The position numbers and the translations under genes are program-made. A DNA stretch of 64,000 bases from Camelus ferus (Eukaryota): the NCBI RefSeq assembly GCF_009834535.1, contig NC_045697.1, forward strand, positions 52,764,001 through 52,828,000, in the 5' to 3' direction. This document shows, in pieces, positions 54,576-64,000 of this stretch (its first letter is position 1; each line of letters opens with the position of its first letter). The notes below the pieces were generated by a model. It saw nothing but the letters and a program-made list of their open reading frames with translations, made no database searches and was not told the origin of the DNA.

Positions 54576-56069
54576 TTTTGACCTCCTTTGTCCATTTTCA
54601 TAAGAAACATCAGCGCTAAAACTTGCCACTTACTTCAAAAGGTATTGTGAGCCCAGTGACTTAATGTCTGCTACAAATTCATAAAATTCTCATCCAAAGA
54701 GACATAAATGTTGCAATAGCTAAAAGAAGTTTTAAAGACTGTTTTGTATCATTCTGTATTCGCCACCATGGTTCTGCTCATTGAAAGCCTACTGTTGTTG
54801 AAGTAGACTTTAGAAACTTTTTTTAAAAAGTCAGTGGCACATTTCATCAGGCACCAAATGTACCAATGACTCTCCTCATAACCTTTATCTTATAAACTTT
54901 AGAACAAGAGCTTTGTATGAACAAACCAAAATGGCCCTCAGCAGAATAGAAACATTGATTTTGTGTGTTTATGAGGTGAGGTTCATGTTGTTTGGGTATT
55001 TTTATATGGCTTCACAGCTAATAGTTCCTAAATTTAGCTGCATATCAGAAATGCCCAGAAACCCACTCCAGATCTATGGTGACAAGAAAATATGAGGAGT
55101 CCTAAAAACAGTATTTTGAATATATTCCATGTCTGTGTTATGCATCAACCAAGCACCTCTATCTGTGGACCACTGGGAACCTCTGGCTTATCTTGCCCTA
55201 GTATTTTTTTTCTCTTCTCCACTTTTAGTGCTCTTTCCTTTGCTACTGGTTCTATACTTCTCAGGGTTCCCAATGTCAGGATGAAATCTATCTGATATGT
55301 CATTAACATCCTAGTGTGACTTAGTTAACATGCCATTTCTTCAGAAATGCTAATGGTGGGATTGGGACTCTATGATAGCTTGGGTTGGAGGTGATGGAGG
55401 GAGAAGAAGCTTTGCTTCCTGGCCCCCAGAATGACATTACTTAGGGAATAGCTTCCTTTTATTACCTTCTGATAAAATCAGCCCTGCATATAAATTATGC
55501 ATCACTATACAGACATGAAATTCAGGAAGAGAGAGTGCAAGTGAAGTCAATGGAAAATCTGGATATCACCTGGAATCTTGGCTAGCAAGTCCCTAAAAAG
55601 TTTCCTGTTTTTTCTTTCTAAAATGAGAGAAAATGTCTGTGACCTTTCTTAGGGAATAGTGAACTGTTCTCATTGGAGTTATTTGACATGGGCTGATCCC
55701 CACTTGGCAGGGATGTTGTAAAGGGATTCAAACATTGGCTCAGAATCTCTCAATAACTTTAACATTTTTTTCTATCCAAAGACTTTATGACCCTCTGACA
55801 TAGTAAAAGCTACTCTTTTGGTTTGATATTTCCCCAGTTTGTGACAACTAGGGTTAAAGCTTTTACTTTTGATATATGTCTGTTAGGTCCTTCAGTTTGA
55901 CCGTTCCCTGGCAACTTCTGCCCAGGGCTGCCATAAGGCTTACAGAGGATGCTTTCAGGATAGTAAGATTGCCATAGACAGTCTAAACGGCTCTTGGAGT
56001 GGCTCTCATGGCCTTGGCACTCCTTATTTCTCCTGTGAATTACTGTGTTTGCCCCCAAGTAACTTCTGA

Positions 56070-56650
56070 TCTCTTGTCCTCCTGCAATTTGTTTTCCAAA
56101 CTATTGCCAGAGCCACATCTCTAAATGCAAATCTGCTTATGTCACTTTCCTGCTTCAGTGGGAACCGCATTATCTTCCAGAGAAAGTTCAAGTTCCTTAT
56201 GGTGCATGTATAAGGCTTTTTAATGATCTGACTTCTATTCATCTTTTCAGCATTCCCACTATGTTGGCATTCTTGCCACAAACCATTTGCAATTCCTTCA
56301 ATTCTCTAGATCTTCTTATGCTTCGGAGGTTGTGTAAAAACTGCTCCCTCTGACTAGGACAGCATTCCCTTCATTTTGCTGATCTTTATTGGTTCCTTCA
56401 AGTTCCAACTTTGGTGTCAACTCTCTTGAAATGGTCTTTGATCTATAAGAGTGTGAAAATGTCCTTTTGAAGTCCAGTGTTATCCTAATATATCTCATTA
56501 TTGCAGCAAATGCAATGTGTTGCAATTGATAATTTTCTTATCCATCTTCCTTACTAGACTGTGAGAGACTTGTAAGTAGGGGCTACTTTCATTATATATT
56601 TCTCAGTGTCTAGTACCAAAAAGTGCATTAGTAAATATTTCTGAAATTAA
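56070..56650. mobile_element. L2 fragment. Similar pieces lie near 16430, 24630, 30560, 35330, 40400, 46830, 50420 and 59780.
   Basis: Motifs tctaaatgcaaatctgcttatgtcactttcctgctt, actagactgtgag and agtaaatatttctgaaattaatga. Confidence 0.65.
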
Positions 56651-58209
56651 TGACCCTCAGAATAGATCACGCCTAACTCCATGATCTTCCTAAAGCATGA
56701 GGTCAGATACATGGTCAGCCTTCAAGATAACTGTTACCAACAGAAATTGTAGAGGAAAAACAAACAAATTGTGGGGGACCCTATTGAAAAACTGTCTAGC
56801 ATACAAATTCTAAATGGAGAGTAGACCTAGAAGCTCACAAAGATGTCCATGAAGTTGTAAGAATGGAATAGGAACCATATGTGTACTTATAGCAGCCTCC
56901 AGTAAGTGTTTGTTATAAATGGAGCCTACAAATACAGCCAAATTAAAAATACATATGAAGATTATTAGAAAATATAGGTTTATATATTTACTGGAAAAAT
57001 ATCCTATACAATGTTCAATTTGGCTTTTTCATTTTTGTCACTTCTAGTCCATATAGAAATGTTACTTATAAACCCAGCATTGTATCCCTTAACCCAAACA
57101 CATACACATATATATACATATAAAAAGTCTTCTGATTTTAATTCAATAAATATTTATTGAATACTGATTATTAGCAAAAAATTGTGTAGATCTGCATTAT
57201 GCATCCATATGTTACATATATAGATACACATTCATATATATGTATTATACAGATAGGTGAATAGGTAGGTAGATATAAGGATTTTATGATACAGACCCTT
57301 GTTTTAAATGTAGTGGGGAAAACAGACTAAATATAGTATATATGAAACAGGTACTTCCAAGCTCTTTTTACAGTGGTGAATCTCATTCCTCTGCTGTCCT
57401 TCAGACCAGTAGGGTATGTATCTGCCCTAGACCCTAGGATATACTTGATCAGTCCCTGAGAGCTTAGCCTTCAGCTTGGTGTTTTCTAATTCTATATAAT
57501 TTATTTTGAAGAAAAATATATTTTCCTGGGGAGGAGACTGCCTTAAGTCCTTGGCTACATTAATAACAAATAAATTTTGAGGTAGCTATATGCCAATTAT
57601 ATTTCAATTAAAAAATAAATAAATACTGAGGTGGAATCAGAGGAAAGAAACAGAATTAAAATACAACAATAACCATTTCCTTTAGACAATGTCTAAGAAA
57701 ATAATAATTGTCACCACTTACTAGTTTCTTCCTGTGTGCCAGGTAACTCAATATATTGTCTCTATTTTTTAACTTAGGTAAACAAAGCTCAGAGATTAAG
57801 TAATGACCAAAGTGCGGCAGTGATGTAACCAGGATTTTATCAGAGTCTGACTCTGAAGTCTTATGCTTTTCCTAATTAAGCTATTGTTAAAGAGGGAAAA
57901 ATTATTCCAAATATCATAGCATATTTACCTTTCTTTCATGCCTCCCCCCCACCCCGTGTCCTTTGTTTCTTTTGACACAGAATCTCATTTGTCTATTGTG
58001 CTTCCTTTTCCTCTCAGTTTAGAAACACAGTGTCTTCAGAACATCCTTTCATAGCAGGTGAGAACTTGTCAAAATCCCAAGTACAGCAGAATCACCAAAT
58101 TTAAAAGTGATGAAACACTGCACAGACCATCATGGAAAGGATACACAAGAAACTGGTAACATATCTGAGGAGAACTGGAAGACTAGAAGACAGTGGGTAG
58201 AAGCAAACC

Positions 58210-58302
58210 TGTGTGTGTGTGTGTGTGTGTTTGTGCGCTTGTGTGCGCAGAGATTATTCAGAATGAGGCACACGCATGTGCAGAGATTATTCAGAATGAG
58301 GC
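58210..58302. repeat. (GT)n microsatellite followed by a 23-bp direct repeat
   Basis: GCAGAGATTATTCAGAATGAGGC at 58247-58269 and 58280-58302. Confidence 0.93.
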
Positions 58303-61300
58303 CTAGTAACAAAGGCTTGGTTATTTTGTATTTTGTGTGTCAGTTGATGCTCAGGGCCTTGGCTCTGTTGCACCCTATCTTTTGCCTGCCTAGGAAAAGC
58401 CAGCTGATGTGACTACTTTTCAGTAGCTAGGACTAATCAAAAACACTACCACCTGATCTTTGTAAATATGGCCAGAGGATGCCACAGCCCATCATTCCAA
58501 TGTCCAAATATCCTCAGTGTAAGCTTTACACAGTAGTACCGACTCAGCATCCGTAGAGAATTCAGTTTTGTGACTGCCTCATCTATCTGGAGTAAATCAG
58601 TTCCTTGTAATAATAGTGTTGACATTGTAGTCTGATAATTCCCTCAGGAATATAGTTCACATTTCCAGTCTTGTTCATTTAAAAATATTTACCATGGGGA
58701 AAAAATGGACTACTAATATAAAATAATCATTTTATTTTTATTTAAACTACTATCTCTTGACAATGTATTTCATTTAAACAATAAACTAGCTGCTCTTTCC
58801 CAGATACCTATTTTAATTTTAACAAGCTAATTTTAATTCATGAAGAAGCTGCAGTATTTAGAGGTTTATTGGTCTGTCATGTGTCAAGCATAAATATTAT
58901 GATTATTATTTTTATTCTATCACAGAAAGGTTTACCACATGCAATCTATGGGAGGTAAAAATCGGTTAGCATGGACTTGTTGATAGTGAGTATAGACCGA
59001 GTGACAAAGCTAACCTAAGAAACACATCACTGCAGCAAAAAAAAAATCTTTGAGCTTGTGGATCCAGTGGATGAGTTCTTCTTGTCAGATAAAAGAATGA
59101 AGCAGCGATAGTGGTGATAAAATGCACCTTTCCTTGGAAGTAACTGGTAGCTCAAATTCCTGAAGTTTCCTTGTATCTGTTCAACGTAATAAACTTTTTC
59201 CTTTAATCTTGGATGATGAATAGCACCTTAATCACAGGTTACACAAATGGGCACCATTTCTTTATGGTGCTTGACTTCAATTCCTTTTCCTTTTGCCACC
59301 CTAGGCTTATTGACATCCATGGTTCATGATTTTTTGTTTCTTTCAAATGCAAAGACCGCTGTGGGGTGGGATCCTTTGAGATTAACCCAACCTCATTGCA
59401 TATCAGAGGAAAAGTATGTTCACCTCTAAGAATTGAGGGGCACAGACAATAAAATGAGTTCCTTCATTTATTTATTAGTAACCAGAGCAATCGTCCCCTG
59501 CCAGCTCCTCTCCCAGCTCCTAATCATGTGCTCTTTGGAGCTAAGAAGGCTTCTTTGAACATTCTTTCCTAGCGATGGAGGTGGTTGTTTTTCTCCTTCC
59601 TTCTCCTTATTCTCTCCCAAATCCAGAGTGTTTCTTTCCATAATTTAGATGAGTTCTACCTCAGAAATTTTTGTCAGAGAAGCAGGATGACATCCTGCAG
59701 TGCTACTCTGTATTTAGTAATGTAGAAGTGGTAAGTGACCATACCAGGAGAACAATATGCTTTATGATTAGTTTACCATAGAAGAGGTGGAGGCGCTCTC
59801 TCCTGTATAAAGCTAATCTCTGCATCTGAGCTTTGGCACCTCTCTTCTTTTGCCTTCTAGGAACCCACACGCCATTATACCTATTTTCTTCTGGTTACTT
59901 AAATCCTTTATCACCTGAATCCTTTCCCACCATCATTTCAACATGCTTTACTCTCACCCAGTTTAATCCAAACAAAGCAAAAAAACCCTGCTTTTGATCT
60001 ATGCATCTTTACTGCCTTATCCTTTTTTCACCTACAAAATCAAACTTACTTTGCACGTCCATCATCTCCATTTCTTCACCTTTGCTATATTGTGGCCTCT
60101 GGTGTCACTACCCCCAAACAATTGTGGATAAGGTCACTAAATCCAAGACATCTTTTCCTGTTCTCATATCACTTGATGAGTAAGTACTTATCTTAGCAAG
60201 GACTTGACACTGTTGAATATTCCCTACCTCTTTCCAGAAATACTCCGTCAGCTCTCCTTACTCTTAACTTTCTTGTTGACCCTTTCTCTCTCTGCAAATT
60301 CACTTTCCTCCACAGGGCATTCATTCACCTCATGCCTTACTCTGAGGCCTTCTCGCCTCCATTCTATGCTTGGTCCTAGCTATTCCATTCAAACCAACAG
60401 CTTCATTTATACTGACAACTCCTGAATGAATATTTCTAGGACAGACTTCTCTGGCTTAACCCAAAATGGGGTTGATTTGCTTCCAATATATCTATATTGA
60501 ATTCTAAACTTTCCCATAGGTGAAAAATCATTGCCATCTGTCCCTCCCAACTCTAAATAACAGTAAAATAACAGAAAACACTATCCTCCCTTTCTAACCT
60601 GCCTCAAATCCTGTTGATTCTACTTCCTTAAAAAAAAAAAAAACCTCTCGAGGCTTCCCTTTTCTCATCTCCATTGTCACCACCCTTACTCAAAAAGTCT
60701 GTTAATGTAAATTGTTTGTTCAAGAGAGCCTTTTATGTCCATAATAAAATTTAGCACTAAAGAGGGCTAGTTATAGTTATTTGGGTTTAAAATAACATTT
60801 ATTAACACAACTTTTAAAACCTGGTGTTCCATAAGTCATTAGTTTCAATTTACAAAATTTGCTATTCTCTCTTCAGATAATCTGGACATATATAAATCTA
60901 AACATCATTTTGATATTTAGTCTGTAAGCCTATTATTATACCCCTGAAAGCAAAGAGCATAGCACAGTGCCTGGAACACAAAAATGAATAGTAATGAATA
61001 TTATGTAGTAAAAAATGAATAGTAAATAAATAATTGTTCAAAGTTAGTTTCTTGTCTCTGTTATATTCTCCCAACTTCCTCTAAATAAAAATTAAAGCTT
61101 CCCATTTTGATAATTTGGTGTTACTCCTAATTACACTCTGTAAGATTTCACTCTATGTATTTAGGTTTCTAATCCATTCCGATGTAGACAATATAGATGA
61201 TGGCTTTGGCTATTAAGAAAATGAAGGCAAGAGTAAATATGGGCAGAATTCCTAACATATCCATAAACTGTGATTTGTAGTGATAATCTGATAGGAAGGG

Positions 61301-61556
61301 CTAACCCGTTTTCCTTCTTGAATGGGAGATTTAAGAAAAAACAATCTCTAAGATTCCTAGTTCTTGCAGAAGAAAACCCCTTCTCTTTGATACTCCAGGT
61401 CCATAGAGTCAAGCCAATCAGATTTTTTCCTGTTCTTCACTTTTTGGGGGGAAGAAAGGGTTATCTAGGAAATACTGAACTTCCCTTTCCCTAAAAGTAG
61501 GCCAGAATAAATAACTCAAACTTTAAATGCAATAATATTGAATGCTTTAAACCAAC

Positions 61557-61928
61557 TGTTAGAAACAATTCCAAAATGGAGTCACTTATGCTAAGCCCAA
61601 TGTTTCCAAACCTAATTACACTTTTGGGCTTTCCCAGAAATCGAATATTAAACTAGCCAATCAGGAATTGCTTGGTCAGCACTAGTGATGTAATCTGCCT
61701 GATAGATCCCCTACAATACCCTAAAACAAAGTGACCTTACCACACCCAGTCTACTTTTGCTAGTATAACTTCCTTTTTCTACCTTCTTCTGCCTACACAA
61801 GTCTTTCTTTTTGTACAGTTTCTGGGAGCTCCTTTTTACCTGCTAGGTGGGACGCTGCCCAATGCATAATCGTTGAATAAAGCCAATAAGATCTTTACAT
61901 TTTACTCAGTTCAGTTTCTTTTTTAACG
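61557..61928 (+). mobile_element. ERV1-class solo LTR (MER34/MER39-like)
   Basis: TGTTAG start, CCAAAATGGAGTCAC, CCAATCAGG, AATAAAGCCAAT and a TTTTAAC(G) end. Near-TSD caac/taac. Confidence 0.7.
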
Positions 61929-62899
61929 TAACTAATCTAAATTTCATTTTAAAAAAAGTCATTATCAGTTTAAGATGAATACTGAAAAGGTGACTGACAT
62001 GATTTGGGGGGTTTGCTTTAAAATATTCCAGTAAAGAAAAAAAATGGGGGGTGGTGGTCAAGACAGATGAAACAAGAATGAAAAATGTTGATAATTTTTG
62101 AAATTCTAGTTCATTATATTTTTCTTCGAGTTTTTCCACAATAAAAAGCTTTAAATTTTTGGCTCTTTCTATTTTTCACTCTCCGAACTCCCTTTTGCCT
62201 ACTAAATTGAGACAGGTCCTGGCCATAGGAGGAGAAAAACTGCACAACCAGTCCTTCAGCAAACCTCTGCCTGTCCTCTTGTGAATACACTAAATCCTCA
62301 GGGGAGGCTTTAATCTTTGTTACACAGGTTTCACCCACTATCCGAAATCAGAGCGTTCCTATGAAACCTCCTGGAAGCCAAAATGGCATAAAGTGAGGAA
62401 GCAATTACCCTACAACACGTCTTGTTAGGGAGGTAAAACACAGATGCTCAAGGATACAGTTCAAAGCTATGGCAGGGAGATGCTGAATGTATATTCTCCC
62501 AGGAGGGAACTTGGTGGTGCCACCGCAGCCTCTGTCACGGCAGCTGCAAAACAAGCGCTGAATGCTATTTCCAATGTTCACTTTTCCCCATAAAAGTGAA
62601 AATCACATTTCTTTCCACAGTGGAAACAGTTACTAATACGGGTCCTTCTTGAAAACGAAGTGACCTAGAGTGAACTTTTCAACACCGGGAGAATACCTGT
62701 ATACGTTACTAACATATAATTAAGTATCTAAATATTTCATTTTAAAACAAAAAAAATTTGGCCTTCCGCACATAACTCCAGCTGGGGGGGAGCATTTTTA
62801 AACCTCCGCCGGTATTATTATCCCAACCTTTTTTTATAATCAGAGTATCACAATTTTTTCCAGAAACGGCCCTTTTTTTTTTTTCGCCCCTCACACCAC

Positions 62900-64000
62900 A
62901 AGATTGAGGGGGAAGTGCGGCGCGTCGGCAGAACGGCATTCCAGGGCTCAGCTCTCCCCAAAGCAGAAAAACCTTGTTCTCTTCGGGCCTCCGTTTCCAC
63001 CAGGTGAAAGAACAGCCAGTCGGTGGTACCGGCTCCGGGCCCCTCCCGGCCGCGGGCAGCCCCGCCCCGAGGGCGGAGACCGGGCGGGGCAGCGAGCTCC
63101 TCCGCCTCCTCCCGACTCGCTGCTGCCCCCGGTGCCGGCGGCGCATGTGCCCGGCAACCCCTCCCCGGTCCTGGATTCCACTTCCCCTCCGCTCGCGCTG
63201 CAGCCGCAGCCGCCTTCAGGCCCCGCGCCCCCTCCGGAGTCCATGGCCGGGACGCGCTGGGTGCTCGGGGCGCTGCTCCGTGGCTGTGGCTGCAACTGCA
63301 GCAGCTGCCGGCGCACCGGCGCCGCCTGCCTGCCCTTCTACTCGGCCGCTGGGTCCTTCCCCTCTGGCGTCTCGGGCCGTCGCCGCCTGCTGCTGCTGCT
63401 CGGAGCCGCCGCGGCCGCCGCCTCTCACACGCGAGGCCTCCAGACCGGGCCTGCGCCCGCCGGGAGGCTGGCGGGGCCTGCCCCCTCCGCCGCCGCCGCG
63501 GCTGCCGCCTCTTACTCGGCCCTGCGTGCCCCTCTTCTGCCGCAGTCGCTGGCGGCGGCTGCGGGCCCGGCGCGGGGATACAGCCAGGTACGTGGGTGCG
63601 GAGAGGGGTGGCGCGCGGGACCCTTCCCCGGCCGCGCGCACGCGCCCCCGCGCCCCTCCGCGTGCGCCTCCCGTGCGCGCCCGGGGATCCGCGGCACGCG
63701 CCGCACCCGCCTCCCACCCCCGCCCGCCCAGTCCTCCTATTGGGCCCCAGAACAAGGGACGCTTTCCCAGGCCTCGGGTTTTCTCCTTGTTTTGTTCTCC
63801 TCTCGAGTCTCTGGTCGGTTGGGCAGTGTAAGTGTGACTGGGGGTGAATGGTGAGGCCTTGTTTCCCGCCGGCCTATGGTAGGTTTTGTGAGGCTGTGGA
63901 CGCCCCCACCCCGCATCCTTGTCGCTCTCCGCCCGCTGGTTGTGAAGTTGGGAGGCCAGACCCTGCGGAGGGTTGGGACTTTCCGTGCAGCGGGAGCACT
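62900..64000 (+). promoter_or_regulatory. GRSF1: GRSF1 CpG island and promoter
   Basis: Very GC- and CpG-rich. GC boxes at about 63060-63090, NRF1-like GCGCATGTGC at 63141-63150, ETS-like CACTTCC at about 63179. Confidence 0.88.
63243..63587 (+). CDS. GRSF1: GRSF1 (G-rich RNA sequence binding factor 1) coding exon 1, mitochondrial presequence and Ala-rich region
   Basis: tccATGG start, then 115 codons MAGTRWVLGALLRGCGCNCSSCRRTGAACLPFYSAAG...GPARGYSQ matching the known GRSF1 N-terminus. Ends at a phase-0 donor CAG|gtacgt. Confidence 0.95.

Noticed and set aside
33010..63242. Shared bidirectional promoter for MOB1B and GRSF1
   Set aside because: The genes are divergent but about 30 kb apart, with separate CpG islands.
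62742..63854. Multiple long ORFs at GRSF1, including a 113-codon in-frame upstream extension
   Set aside because: GC-rich artefacts. The extension starts at TTG, probably upstream of the TSS, and the tail reads through the splice donor.
1..64000. A previously undescribed multi-gene system
   Set aside because: All credible coding sequence is explained by MOB1B, GRSF1 and decayed transposons.

Overview
Mammalian nuclear DNA, AT-rich and CpG-depleted apart from two CpG islands. It is probably camelid, because it carries a Vic-1-like tRNA-derived SINE. Two divergently oriented genes lie about 30 kb apart. MOB1B is on the minus strand: coding exon 1 at 32996-33009, coding exon 2 at 2428-2594, an intron 1 of about 30.4 kb, and the rest of the gene beyond the left edge. 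GRSF1 is on the plus strand: coding exon 1 at 63243-63587, with the rest beyond the right edge. The remainder is intronic or intergenic sequence dense in L1, L2, MIR, LTR/ERV and hAT relics. Gene and repeat names are recognised from memory, not from a database search, so repeat subfamilies and boundaries are approximate. I see no novel multi-gene system. The best leads are a disabled counterpart of the human MOB1B alternative N-terminal exon, a rearranged L1, three L1s truncated at the same ORF2 point, an unexplained CpG-retaining insert, and tandem BANP-type motifs at the MOB1B promoter.
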